Positions 1 to 11,201 are shown, counted from the first letter of the stretch. The stretch: DNA of 64,000 bases from Pelagomonas calceolata (GCA_918797485.1 CAKKNE010000005.1:372001-436000); one strand, 5' to 3'. Made by a program: numbers and translations. Notes: generated by a model from the sequence alone, not told the origin.

Positions 1-7
1 AGTAGCG

Positions 8-946
8 TTGACGCCCGCCGCCGCGTCGCTGGGCGTGGCGGCGTTGGCCCTGTGCCGGTTCGGCTTCGGCGTCGCCTCGGGCCCGGCGTTGCCCGCCTCT
101 CTGGCCGTCGTGAGTTCCCAGCCGGACGCCGACTCACGAGCAAAGGGCATCGCGACCGTCCTGTGCGGCTTCAACGTGGGCTCGGCCGCCGGGTTACTCT
201 CCGCCGCGGCTCTATTAACGTTGCTCGGCTGGCGGACGCTGTCGGTCGTGGCCGGTGGTTTAGGCGCTGTCGTGGCTCTATACGCGCTGACGCAGACCAC
301 AGAACAAACCACAACCATACAAACGACAAAAAAACCAATAAAATTCACAAAAAGCTTCCCATTCCAACTTGCAGCTTTAACCCACGTCCACAACTGCATC
401 AACTGGAGCTTCTTCGTGATGCAGGCGTGGCTGCCCACTTACTTTGCAACAGAGCTCGGGCTCGACATGAAATCATCAGCGTTGTTCTCGGCGCTACCTT
501 TCGCGACGATGGCCCTCGGGTCGTTAGTGTCCGGCCAAGCATCGGCCGCTCTGTTACGGCGGATGGCTCCGTTCGAGGTGCGCAAGCGGATGGTCGCGCT
601 GTCGTCGATCGTGCCCGCGTGCGCGTTACTCGCGCTGTCCTACGTCAAGAGCCCAGCGACGGCTCTTGTACTGTTAGTGACCGCTCTCGGGGCCCACTCC
701 TTTTCCTCGGCTGGTTTGCACGCCCATGTGACCGACGTCGCTCCGACCGCTTCAGGGCGGATCCTTGGGTTTACCAATACCGTGGGCGTGTTGGTGGGCA
801 TTGTCGCGAACGTGGCCACGGGACGGGTCCTGGACGCGACGGGCTCCTTCAAAGCGGTGTTTGCGCTCACGGCGGCGATTTATTTATCGGAAGTGATCGC
901 GTTCTTCGGGTTCGTGCGGGCCGGGCCGCTCGTGGCGGAGGACTAG
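8..946 (+). CDS. MFS transporter, anion:cation symporter (SLC17/PHT4-like); 5' end probably outside the window
   Basis: Multiple TM helices; motifs 'WSFFVMQAWLPTYF..ELG', 'LFSALPF', 'DVAP..SGRILGFTNTVG', 'TGSFKAVF' typical of ACS-family MFS. Confidence 0.85.
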   Translation: MTPAAASLGVAALALCRFGFGVASGPALPASLAVVSSQPDADSRAKGIATVLCGFNVGSAAGLLSAAALLTLLGWRTLSVVAGGLGAVVALYALTQTTEQTTTIQTTKKPIKFTKSFPFQLAALTHVHNCINWSFFVMQAWLPTYFATELGLDMKSSALFSALPFATMALGSLVSGQASAALLRRMAPFEVRKRMVALSSIVPACALLALSYVKSPATALVLLVTALGAHSFSSAGLHAHVTDVAPTASGRILGFTNTVGVLVGIVANVATGRVLDATGSFKAVFALTAAIYLSEVIAFFGFVRAGPLVAED

Positions 947-1046
947 TAAGTTTTCTATCTGTTACAAGCGCTCTGGCTGTTCCCCCATACGCCATCGACG
1001 CGCAGTGCCAGCAATGCCAGTGGCACACGTTACACACAGTCTCCTC

Positions 1047-1871
1047 TTACGGCCTAAGCGGCTCCGTCGAGTTGTAGTGCTCGCCGAGCGCGTAGTAGTC
1101 CCGGTGGTAGGTCACGACGAGCTCCTCACCTTCACCGTCCCCCATGCGCAGCGGCGCGCTATCCCGAGAATAGACGACGATCGGCCTATTCAGAGCCCGC
1201 GCGAGCGCCAGGACCTCGGGCTGGCCGCCCCACTCGGCGCTGCTCCTTACCTTAGCGCAGTGGTCTCCGAAGCTCGCATCCTCAATAAACGGCGCGAAGT
1301 CACTTTCGTGGGACTCCATGAAAGAAGCGCAAGTCTCCCTTATTGATGTATAGGTCGACCCGCTCTGGTCCGCGACGGCGCGGTACAAGCAGTGGCCGTC
1401 GGCGGCCACGTCCTTTATTTTACGATTGATTTCCACGAGTTTTTTGGAAATGGCCTCGCATTCTTTTTTTCTCTCGGAATTCCGTCGGACCTCCTCGGCC
1501 TCGATGGCGTCCGCTTGGGCCTTGGCGCTGTCAGTCTTGGCCCTCGCTTCTCTCTTAGACTTCTTCTTCGCCGCTTTCGCAAGTTTCTTCGCCCTCTGCC
1601 TCTCCTCCTCCTCGCGCCGCTTCGCGGCCGCGTCTTCCACCACAACCGGTTCTTCCACTGTGGCCGCGTCGTCGCCGCCCTCAAGGTCCTCCAACTCCTC
1701 GTGGTGCCTATACCGCAAATCGGACTCCTCCTGCTGCAGCGCGAACTCGATCTGCTTGAGTTTTTTTTTCGAGGCTCCTTGCCGCTGCGTTTCTGCTCGC
1801 TCTCTGAATTCTCTCCACTCCTCCTCGTGTTTTGCTTCGAGTTCTGCTAGTGCTTCGGCCTGGGCGGCCAT
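1047..1871 (-). CDS. OTU-domain deubiquitinase (OTUD6B/Otu2-like)
   Basis: Charged coiled-coil N-terminus; catalytic 'ADGHCLYRAVADQ', 'WGGQPE', 'YHRDYYALGEHYNS'; start set at MAAQAEAL. Confidence 0.9.
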   Translation of the reverse strand: MAAQAEALAELEAKHEEEWREFRERAETQRQGASKKKLKQIEFALQQEESDLRYRHHEELEDLEGGDDAATVEEPVVVEDAAAKRREEEERQRAKKLAKAAKKKSKREARAKTDSAKAQADAIEAEEVRRNSERKKECEAISKKLVEINRKIKDVAADGHCLYRAVADQSGSTYTSIRETCASFMESHESDFAPFIEDASFGDHCAKVRSSAEWGGQPEVLALARALNRPIVVYSRDSAPLRMGDGEGEELVVTYHRDYYALGEHYNSTEPLRP

Positions 1872-2445
1872 TTGTTTTGTTTTGCGCACCGCGACGACGT
1901 CTCTGAGAGCGACGCTCTCTGTGTGAGCTACCCAGCCAGCGGTGCTCTCTGCAGCGACGGTTGATCGATGCTCGCAGCAGCGGTCGTTATGAGTTGTAGT
2001 CTTGCAGAGCGGCCGCGTTAGCACCAATTGCAAGCTGTACCGCTGCAAAGACTTAGTGGAGCTTTTGCTAGTGTCTTACCGCTAGCGTTAACGATTTGTC
2101 AAGCCGGTGCAGGGGATTGCGGCTCGCAGTGGCTCCTGGTCTCTGTACGCCCACCCTCCATGCCCGCGACCGCACGTAGTAAGTGCCGGCCGCGGCCGCC
2201 GCGGCGTCATCGTTGTGCCCGACACGCGCCTTCGCCTCAACCGAAGAAAGTAGGGCTGGCATCAGTGCTGCTTGCATTCAGCCGCTCTACTCGATCGTGC
2301 GACTGTTGATCGCCAATACCCGCACGAGAACGCGTCGATTGAGTCTGAATGCGGTGAAAAACAGCGCTCGGAGCCGGAATCCCTAGGAGAGTCTTAAGTA
2401 ACTGAAAGCCGACGACTCCGAGACCCTGAACTCGATTTCTGAACA

Positions 2446-3248
2446 ATGGGCGGCTGGGTACAGGTCGTGAACGAATCGAGCCTGATCCTAATCAATGGCT
2501 GTCTTTGCTGCAACGCCTCGCTCTACGCGGATTTTCCTGAGTCTCGCGGCCGCGTCCGAAGTCAGTTCCGCGGCGACGACGTCGGCCATGACGCATCGCG
2601 GCAAATGCACTGGCGCGCGCCGCGACGCTGAGGCCCCGACGCCGTCGACGCGTCGCGGCGTCGCCGCCGTCGCGACAAAGAAACGCCGCAGGTGCTGCGG
2701 GGCGTCCTGCAAGGGCGAGCTCTGCTGCTGCGTCAAGCGTTGCTGTTTCAAGGCCGGCGTGCCGCCGCTCACGTGTTGCGAGTCGTTCGTCGACAAGGAG
2801 GTCTGCTGCCAGTGCGGTCTGTGTTGTTGCGCGCTCGGCTGTAAGTGTCCGTCGACGTGCATCAAGCACCAGGGCCAGTGCTGTTGCGTCGTGAATAACA
2901 TCGCGTGTCCGTGCGACGAGGAGGTCCCGCTGACGTGCGCCCTCTGCTTTTTCGCGTGCCACCCCGTCGGGGCCCGGCGTCCATCGCTCCCGCGACTCGC
3001 CGCTCACGCGACGTCCCCCGCAGCACTGCGGTATCTGCGTGCGCACGAACGCGCACTGGCCGTACCACCGCGCGCCCGGCGGCGCGCCGCCCGCGATCGA
3101 GGTGATGGACGGGAAAGAGGAGGTCTTCGTCGTCGAGGCGCAGCCCGGCAGCGTGTCGGCGGTCGCGTCCCTCGAGTCGCTCGACGTCGTCGACAAGTTG
3201 CCGGACAGCGTCGCCACGCCGTTCGCGATGGACGTTATGGAACGCTAG
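2446..3248 (+). CDS. Cysteine-rich protein, 3 exons (predicted introns 2541-2691 and 2966-3023)
   Basis: GT-AG splicing joins 'NGCLCCNASLYADFPE' to 'CCGASCKGELCCC...CALCFFACHP' and then 'HCGICVRT...MDVMER*' into one open frame. Confidence 0.7.
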
Positions 3249-3522
3249 ACGTCGAAAACAAATCCGTCGTCCCCGCCGGCCTTCGCGGCCGTCGACCAGA
3301 CCCACCAACCCTCCCGACCCCTCCCTCCCACCTCTCCCTCATGTAAAAGTTAAAATATTCCTAGTGTCTTACTGCCGCTAGCTCCGCTTTTTGGCTGGTG
3401 ATTTTTTTTTTGGCTGCCTCATTGGCCAACACGCTGTGCTGCGTTGCAGGACAAGCATTTCTTCGGTACTCATCAGTTTTCGAGCACTGGTGCAAGAGCT
3501 GCTGGATTCAGCGTGTGCACAG

Positions 3523-4605
3523 ATGCTGCGCTGCACCGTCCTAGCGGCAGTCGTCGCAACAGCGACCGCCGGCGCGCGCGACGCCTGGCAGGCCTCGCTG
3601 CAAAGCAGTAAGAGGGACCGGCCGCCCCCCAGATCTCCGATCTGGGACAAGTCCTTCCGCTGCGTCATCAACGGCAAAAACGCGTCGACGAACGCCTACG
3701 CCGTGGTGTTGGGTCCCATCTCCGAGGAGCGGAAGTATTCCAAGTGGGTATATCCTATCTTAGCGCTGAAGGCCGCTTTGCACAAACGCGGATCGCGCGC
3801 GGACGTCCTCGCGCTCCTAGCTCTGGAAGAAGACAAGGAACACCATCGCATGCTTCCTGGGGAGGAAGCCATGCTCCGAAAGGCCGGTGTGCGGTACCGC
3901 TACGTTCCAAAACCTAGAATAAGAGGCTTCCACATGGGCCACTACAAATTGTGGGCCTGGCAGCACACGGAGTACCGCCGAATACAAGTCTTGGATGCGG
4001 ACGTCCTGCCGCTCGTAAATATGGACGCGCTGTTCGACCTGCCGATAGCATCTCCATTTGTCGGCTGCCCGGGCAAGGATAGTGTCTTAAACGCGGGCTG
4101 GTTCTCGCTGACACCGGACTGCGAGACCTTCAAGCGCATGACGGACCTGCTCTGGTACCGCGGCATGCGCCGGCCGCGGCAGTGGGACATCTCGAAAGGC
4201 TGGGGCGTGCCGATGCCGGCCTGGACGAACGCTCTTGGGAGAGAAATGAACACCGGCTGGGACTTCTTCGACGCCCGGGGCAACCAGGGCCACATGTACG
4301 CCTACTTTAGGTTTTTTGCGCGGGATCTGGTGCTCTTCTACCCGTCGCAAGTGGTCCGTTATTCATTATCGAGGGAGGTCGTCGTTTCTACGATGGGCGA
4401 CGGCTCGGACCTCTCGCAAAAGGTCTGGGCGGCGTTCCCCTGCCCCTTCGTCCGCAAGGAGGCGCCTCCACCATTAGCGTATTACCACTTCACGGGCAAC
4501 AAAAAACCCTGGTCGAAGTACGACCCCTCCAATTCGAAATTCGCGGAGTGGTACGCGGCGCTGGGCGAGGCCGGCGTCGACCCGTCGGTCCTTTTTGCTG
4601 AGTAA
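3523..4605 (+). CDS. Glycosyltransferase family 8 (glycogenin/xylosyltransferase-like)
   Basis: Signal-like N-terminus; 'KLWAWQHTEYRRIQVLDADVLPLVNMDALF', 'LNAGWF', 'HFTGNKKPW'. Confidence 0.85.
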   Translation: MLRCTVLAAVVATATAGARDAWQASLQSSKRDRPPPRSPIWDKSFRCVINGKNASTNAYAVVLGPISEERKYSKWVYPILALKAALHKRGSRADVLALLALEEDKEHHRMLPGEEAMLRKAGVRYRYVPKPRIRGFHMGHYKLWAWQHTEYRRIQVLDADVLPLVNMDALFDLPIASPFVGCPGKDSVLNAGWFSLTPDCETFKRMTDLLWYRGMRRPRQWDISKGWGVPMPAWTNALGREMNTGWDFFDARGNQGHMYAYFRFFARDLVLFYPSQVVRYSLSREVVVSTMGDGSDLSQKVWAAFPCPFVRKEAPPPLAYYHFTGNKKPWSKYDPSNSKFAEWYAALGEAGVDPSVLFAE

Positions 4606-4694
4606 TTGTTTGTTGTGAGACGCAGTCCTAATGAGGGCCGGCCAGCGCAGCGACATCACGGCGTGGAGGCAAGAAAATCATAAACACAACGTTC

Positions 4695-5507
4695 TTACGC
4701 CGCCGGGCGCCGCGCCCGCACCCACCAGACCGTCTCGCCCTCCCGCCTCCACACTAGAGCGCTCTTCGACGACGCGCGCGCGTCGAGGCGCCAGCCCGCG
4801 TCGACGTCGACGTCGCGCTCGCCGCTCACGACGACGTCCAGGAGCCGCGGGTCGTATCGGCGCGATTCGGGCCCCCACGACAGGCGGCCGCCGGCCGTGC
4901 GCCAGACCTTGCCCGCCTCCGCCAGGGCCCGCTTCGCGTCGGGGCACGCCGCGGCCGCCTCCCTCAGGAGCAAAAGCGCGTCGTCCTCGTACCCGAGGGC
5001 GCGCGCGCGCTCGAAGCACGTCGCGGCGCCGGCGCGGTCGCCGCGCGCCTCGAGCATCCGCCCGCGCCGCATCTGCCAGGGCGCCTCGTCCTCCGGTTCC
5101 ACGCAACCGCCCTTTACGAGTGCCTCGATGGCGCACCGCACCGGGTGGATCGGGATGAGTTCGCCGACCATCATGTCGTTGGTCGCCGGCGACCGGCCGA
5201 CGACGACGCGGTTCGTCGTGTCGAGCCAGCGCGTGATCGCTTCTCGCTCGTAGAGGCGGCCGTCGGGCGCGACGACGGGGTCGACGAAAAGCTCGAGCGT
5301 GATGGGGCAGCGGTGCTCCTCGAGCTGCGATCGCAGAGCCGCGTCGACGCGCGCGCGCTTGTTGGGCTCTTCCGGCGCCGCGTCGACGCGCGCGCGCTTG
5401 TTGGGCACTGGCGACGTGCTGGTTTCTTGTGATAGTTGCGGCGCAGCCTCCGCGCGCGCACGCTTGTTGGTCTGTAGAGACGACGATGGTGCCTTGCGCG
5501 TCGTCAT
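4695..5507 (-). CDS. U-box domain protein with a TPR-like helix (E3 ligase candidate)
   Basis: 'CPITLELFVDPVVAPDGRLYEREAITRWL...SPATN' U-box; N-terminal NKRAR repeats x3. Confidence 0.8.
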   Translation of the reverse strand: MTTRKAPSSSLQTNKRARAEAAPQLSQETSTSPVPNKRARVDAAPEEPNKRARVDAALRSQLEEHRCPITLELFVDPVVAPDGRLYEREAITRWLDTTNRVVVGRSPATNDMMVGELIPIHPVRCAIEALVKGGCVEPEDEAPWQMRRGRMLEARGDRAGAATCFERARALGYEDDALLLLREAAAACPDAKRALAEAGKVWRTAGGRLSWGPESRRYDPRLLDVVVSGERDVDVDAGWRLDARASSKSALVWRREGETVWWVRARRPAA

Positions 5508-5874
5508 GGCTGCGGTCACTGCGTCGCGCGGACTGCGCGTCGACGGCGTTTTTGCTGCGCGCGGTTGCGGAGGCCAGCTATGCTGCCAGCTGAGTGCGCT
5601 CAACTGCAGTCCTCTCGCCGTAACTCGCGCAGCGCTGCGAGAGTACGCGCTGCAGCGCTAGACAAGGACGAATGGCAACTTCTCCTGCGCTTGCAGATGC
5701 CGGAGTGGCCGGCTTTCAGGAACTGCAGCCTTCGTCAGGCTGCTCTTCCAGTTGGCCAATTGGCCATTCTGGCGATATCTTGGTTTGAAGCGGAAGACTC
5801 GTGAGTGCCCTCTACAAGGGCTGATGACAGCTCTAAACCCGCAAGCGAAAATAACGGATAACTAGATACCACAA

Positions 5875-8598
5875 TTACCCCTCACCGGAATCCGACGCCT
5901 CGCCGAGCGACGGCGACGAATCAACATCGTCCAGCCCCTGCGAACACTTCTCGACGACCCACTTTCTCAAAGCCAGCTCCTCGGGCGCCTCCCCGACCTC
6001 GCAGTCGTCGTCGCCCCCGAACGCTCGAGGCAAGTCCCGGGGGTCGACGAGCTCCCGCAACGTCGAAGCGTAGTCCGACCTTAACACAGTCACCTTGGCG
6101 CGGACCTGCGGTTCCAGCAAAGGCGACACGATGGACCAGACCACCCCAAAGGCCGCCGGCGCGTTAATCACGATGGTCCGCCACACGCGCTCCGGCGAGT
6201 GCCTGTTCACCGCACCTACCAAGTTAAAGTACTTCAGGCAGCTCCCCCCACAGTCCCCGAGACCCACATTGCGGCAGTCGATGATCTTCAGAAAGTACCC
6301 GCCGGGATCGAGCGGCCTTCGACCAACCTCGTCCACATCATCCAACAAAGTAGCGTAGGTCCAGCACGCGACGAAATGCATATGTTCTACGATATCTTCT
6401 ATGGAAACGCCCTCGTCAATAAGTTGTCGGAACGTAGCATTCGGTCTATCGATGACTTCGTAGGAGCAGAGGTGTCCTTTTCTGTCCCTTTTATGTAAGA
6501 AATGGATATGTCGCCGTTTAATAGCTTCGAAGTGGGGCTGCGGCCTTAGTTGGACCTCCCTCGGATGGTTCCGTTGCCTCCATACCGTAGTTTCGGCCCA
6601 GCGCCGCCGCGCTTCATCTTTATCGCCTCGCACAGCCAACAAGAATCTTCGAGGTACGTCCGCCGGTAGCGGGATGGAGGCCCTTGCACAAGCCTCCCTC
6701 GCTAGTCGCGCGTCCTCGCTCTCCGGCTTGTCTTCTTCTTCATCACTTACGTCGGACTGGCGCCAGCGCCAGTCCACCAAGCGGACGTCGACGCAGCCGC
6801 CCTTGCTCCGCGCGTAGCGTAAAGCTGAACAGGGCTCCTCGTCGTCGACCTCCGCCGCGGCCGCGGCCAACGCGAAGACGATGAATACTAGAAATGCGAG
6901 ACCCAGCAACGACCCGAGCGACGCCTTGAGGTGGTAGGCGCCGTGTTCCTTCACTAACATCAGACTCCTTCCGAGGAAGTAGCGCCGTATCAAATGCACC
7001 AGAAGCAGCACCGACGCCATCGATGCGATCGATTCGGCGGCGGGCCGGCCGACGTAAGGTTCGAGAAGCGACGCGAGGCCGCGCGCGGGCTCCTTTACCA
7101 AATCGGAGGCACTTCGAGCGAGCACAGCGGCCCAGCGCGGCACGGCGGCGCCGTCGTCGTTCTTGGACGCCTCCAGTAGAACAGAAGCGTCGACGGCCAC
7201 CAGCACCTCCAAATTCGAGTCGTCCGTGTCCTCTTGCTCTTCGGTCTCGACCGACGCCCAGAAGGCGCTTCTCGACACTTTTGCCGCGGCGATGGCGTGT
7301 TCCGCCGACGACGGCGCGCCGAGCCCCCTCCTATGGTCGTGGTGGGCTCTTCGCACCAAATCCCCAACATCCAGGTCGACGGCCGCACCGCAGATCCAAT
7401 CTCGCTTTCATCGAGCGACAGTCGACTCGTAACGGCCTTCTCCAGCCGTAGGCGTCCGTCTCCCTTGACAGCAACGTCTCCTTGTTCCTCGCATCCACTA
7501 GGGTAGCTAAACAGAGGTCGTGGCCCCGCGCTCGCGCGTCGAGCCGAGCCACGGCCCGCAGAGCCCGATCGCGCGCGCGAGCCACGGCTCGTAACCACGC
7601 GAGGCACTCCCTTGCGGAAGACGCTCTGAGTTCTACAGTCTTCGACGCATCCAAACCTCCTAAAGCAAAGCACCGATGATGTAAGGGTGGCGCGTCCACC
7701 CCGGCCTCGCCGTGTCTGAGGATAGAGAGGATGTCCGTGACGTGGACGTGGTGCAGTAACCGCCCGTCACTTTCGTTCACGGGGTCGAACACCAGCAAGG
7801 ATAAATGTGTGAGTAACACGTGCGCGGGGACCCACGCGCCGTTCCTTAAACAGTCCAGGCGGCCTCGCCGCGTGACGCCGGGCAGCGACCTGCGTGGACA
7901 TCAAATTTTACGTTGTCTCGCCTCATGAGATCACGTCGCCGCGACGCCATCGCCGCGACGCCATCGCCGCGACGGCGTTACGGCGCCTTCCTCCTGGATC
8001 ACCGCGTCGACCTCCACGCCATCGACGCGACACCTGCTCACCGCTCGACGGAACCAGCGCGGCCACGCCTGGTTGATTTCCACACCGGCAGCGACTGCGG
8101 GTCGCCCAGAGGATACACCCGTCGTTGCGACGTGACCGAATCTCTATTGAAGAGGCCCCTTTGTACAGGAGCTCTATCAGCTGTGGTCCAGGGGCCCTTT
8201 TTGTCGAGCTCGAGGAAACTCCTCACGGCCTTCTGGCAGGCTAGAGGGAGGTCATCCGTCCTTCTTGTCAACAACTGGAGCCACGCGTCCAGCTGTTGGG
8301 ACTGGTCTGAAGCTTGTCTTGGCGTCGGCCGCAAGCCTAATCTTTGACCCCGAATCTGCTTCGGGAAGCGATCCCTCGCCGCATATAAAACACCACCATC
8401 ATCCCGCAACCGCTCGTGCAACCGCCGGCACTGCTCGTAGGTCACGCCCAACGTTCTTTCGGTCGGACCGCTCGACGCCCGGACGACGAACGTCGCGACC
8501 GTGCCGTTGACGGCGTAGCGCTCGACGCGCGCCTCGATGGATGTCGTTTCTTCTTCTTTCGGCGACTGGGGCTCGGCTTCGAGGAAGCGCGCTTCCAT
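5875..8598 (-). CDS. PX-like + PH-like + TM + CRAL-TRIO (Sec14) lipid-binding protein; introner intron 7890-8095 and an unresolved frameshift near 7381
   Basis: Removing 7890-8095 fuses ORF 8038-8598 in frame with ORF 7331-7819; ORF 5875-7359 has CRAL-TRIO motifs 'PERVWRTIVINAPAAFGVVWSIVSPLL', 'DLPRAFGG'. Confidence 0.7.
7890..8087. mobile_element. Introner-type non-autonomous DNA transposon (198 bp)
   Basis: TIRs CTGCGTGGACATCAA (7890-7904) / TTGATTTCCACACCG (8073-8087); perfect 8-bp TSD GCAGCGAC at 7882-7889 and 8088-8095. Confidence 0.92.
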
Positions 8599-8762
8599 CC
8601 GTCTTTGGCAGCTTTGTGGCTGCTCCTGATCTAGCCCCGTGCCGCAGCTTTTCTTCGTCCAGACCGCTTCGTGTGATTGATAAGGTGATGAAACCTGCTC
8701 GCCAGCGTCTGAGGAGCGCTTGCGGCACAGATCTCGGCGCGAAACTGCAAATTCGATGCGTA

Positions 8763-8789
8763 GCTAGCGGTCAGTAAGACACTAGCAAG
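8763..8789 (+). promoter_or_regulatory. Representative copy of the recurrent GCTAGC-N-GTAAGACACTAGC intergenic motif
   Basis: GCTAGCGGTCAGTAAGACACTAGCAAG; near-identical copies at 54053 and 60871, other copies listed in findings. Confidence 0.7.
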
Positions 8790-8987
8790 GCAAGCATTCA
8801 CGGCATACACTTGTCAAAAGCGCTCCCCGTCGCCTTGACATTGTTGATTGTTCGCTTTATGTAAGGTGATCGCGCCAGCCATCTCTCGACGAGAGTACGA
8901 CGCCTGAACTCAATCAATTTGTCTCTTCTCTTCCTGGTAAATATTTGCACCAGCACTTGTTGCTGAGCACACTGAAACGTTATCACC

Positions 8988-11201
8988 ATGCGTCGACGCC
9001 GATCAACGCGCTCCGTCATCAAACTCCTCGCAGCCGCGGCGGTAGCGACGGCATCCATCGTCAGCCTCGTGCGGCCTCGTGCGGCTTTCGACCCGACCGC
9101 GGAATTGCCGCTCTGCGAGGACATCGAGGAGATCGACACGAGGGTGCTCGCCCAGCCGCCAAGGCGAGGTAATGCGCCGGAGCAGCTCATGGACTTCCTC
9201 AGGACGTATAAAAACGAGCACCGCCCGGGCGACGAAGACGACGACGACGACGAAAAGGAGCCGGGCCCGGTGGCGGCAGGATTAGACACGTATGCGGGTG
9301 AGTGGTACTCCCGCGACGCGGGCGGCACGTTCGTGCTCGCGTTCACGGACAACCCGAAGCCCCACCTCGAGGCGATCCGCCGGCGGCGGCCGCCGGAGAC
9401 CGGTGACTGGCCCGTCGACGTCGTTCGGGCCCCCCACACCCACTCAGAGCTCAAGGCCGCCGAGAAGAAGGTCGACAAAATGTTCGAAAAGTTGCGCGGT
9501 CGCCCAAATTTGAAGAGCTATGCCTACGCTTCCGACCCGCAGCGCAGTCGCGTCGAAATCAGCCTGTCAGGATACACCTTCGAAGATATGGCCGCGATGG
9601 CCAACGCGCTCGACGACGAGGCCCACGGAAAGGTCTGTCTCTGGGGGCGCCCGTCGATACGGGTGCCGACGCTTGAGGACCGGTTGCTGGCCCGGTTCGC
9701 TCCGATGGCCGACGCCGTCGACGCCGATTCGAAGCCGGTCGGGGTGTGGCTCCGCAATTCCGACGGCTATGGCGGGAGGCAGGGGTTACGCCTCGCCCTC
9801 CCCAAAGGCCTCAGAACGGTGGAAATGCGCCTCGACAGGACGAACCCGCCCGACCCGGATTCCACCACCCTGCACCTGCTCGTGAGGCAGAGCGGTTGCG
9901 GCAGCGGCAGGAGCGGCGTCGAGCGCATGCCGAAGCCCGAGGTGATCGAGTCCGCCACCGAGATCCGCATCGCCATGGGCGTGATCCCGCCGGATGGCGC
10001 GGTGGCGTGTCCAGGCCACCCGCTCGACCCGATCAAGATTGAACTCGCCGCCCCGATCGGCCGGCGGAAGATCGTCGACGGGCTCATAGTGCCCCCGGAG
10101 CCCCTCGAGTTCATGCGTCTGCGGAGGGGATCGAGGCGTGAGCTCGATGACGCGTCGACTCGCCGCGACGACGCGGTCCGGCGAAGGCGCCTGGCTCAAG
10201 GCGCCACTCCAAAAAGGGGACTCCCTCGACTCCGACCGCATCGGCGCGATGCCGTGACGTCCCCAGGACTGCCGCTCGACCTCTGCCAGGACATTGTTCC
10301 GACCTCATACAGCCATGCTGAGCTCACTGAAGCCCAGCAGAGGGTGAGTTCAATGATGAGGCAGTTCTTCGAGAGGAAAAACGATGATACATTAATGGCC
10401 GGCTGGTATGTAGGGGGGAGCAATCGCGTCCAGATCGATATTACGTGCCCTGGCCACCCCACCGTCGAGGAGATATCCGCAATGGCCGACGCGCTCGACG
10501 ACGAGTTCCACGGAATGGTCTGCGTCGAGGGGCCCCTGTGGGACGGCTCAATCCGGCTGCCGACGGTCGACGACCGGTTCGCTCCGATGGCCGACGCCGG
10601 CGCTAACCCGCTCGTGGAGTGCGACGACGACGAACGCGTCCCGGATTCAAAGTATACCGGCGACTGCGGGGATGCTCAAGAGGTACGCCTCGTCCTCCCC
10701 GACTTCATCGGCGAGGTGGAAATGCAATTCGACCGGCGGAATCCGCCCGACTCGGACTCGACTACGCTGCACCTGCTCGTGACGCAGAAGGCCTGCGCCA
10801 GCGGCAGGAGCGGCGTCGAGCGCATGCTGAAGCCCGAGGTGATCGAGTCCGCCACCGAAATTCGAGTCGCGATGGGCGTGATCGCGGGGTGTGGCGGGAG
10901 GTGTCCAGGCAACCCCTTCGTCCCGATCACGATCAAGCTCGCCGCCCCGATCGGCCAGCGGAAGATCGTCGACGGGCTCTTTTTGCCCCCGAGGCCCCTA
11001 TGGCCCAAGAGCCTTAGAATCGCCCGGCCCTATCGGCGGAATCTCGTTATCTATGCGCCTTGGCGTTCGCGCTGGCGGCTTGCGATGGCGAGGGCGGCGA
11101 TGGCGGTGCGGCGATGGCGACGCGCGAACGCGGCGTGGCACTGGCGCGCGCGAGATACGCCTCCTAAGTCCCCGACACACACGCCACGCCGCGCATCATA
11201 A
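8988..11201 (+). CDS. Secreted/anchored protein with an internal duplication of a bacterial-like Cys-containing domain
   Basis: Hydrophobic N-terminal segment; two copies of 'DSTTLHLLV.Q..C.SGRSGVERM.KPEVIESATEIR.AMGVI...CPG.P..PI.I.LAAPIG.RKIVDG'; possible in-frame intron 10117-10266. Confidence 0.65.
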   Translation: MRRRRSTRSVIKLLAAAAVATASIVSLVRPRAAFDPTAELPLCEDIEEIDTRVLAQPPRRGNAPEQLMDFLRTYKNEHRPGDEDDDDDEKEPGPVAAGLDTYAGEWYSRDAGGTFVLAFTDNPKPHLEAIRRRRPPETGDWPVDVVRAPHTHSELKAAEKKVDKMFEKLRGRPNLKSYAYASDPQRSRVEISLSGYTFEDMAAMANALDDEAHGKVCLWGRPSIRVPTLEDRLLARFAPMADAVDADSKPVGVWLRNSDGYGGRQGLRLALPKGLRTVEMRLDRTNPPDPDSTTLHLLVRQSGCGSGRSGVERMPKPEVIESATEIRIAMGVIPPDGAVACPGHPLDPIKIELAAPIGRRKIVDGLIVPPEPLEFMRLRRGSRRELDDASTRRDDAVRRRRLAQGATPKRGLPRLRPHRRDAVTSPGLPLDLCQDIVPTSYSHAELTEAQQRVSSMMRQFFERKNDDTLMAGWYVGGSNRVQIDITCPGHPTVEEISAMADALDDEFHGMVCVEGPLWDGSIRLPTVDDRFAPMADAGANPLVECDDDERVPDSKYTGDCGDAQEVRLVLPDFIGEVEMQFDRRNPPDSDSTTLHLLVTQKACASGRSGVERMLKPEVIESATEIRVAMGVIAGCGGRCPGNPFVPITIKLAAPIGQRKIVDGLFLPPRPLWPKSLRIARPYRRNLVIYAPWRSRWRLAMARAAMAVRRWRRANAAWHWRARDTPPKSPTHTPRRAS

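Noticed and set aside
2541..2691. 151-bp intron as another introner
   Set aside because: No matching TIRs and no convincing 8-bp TSD
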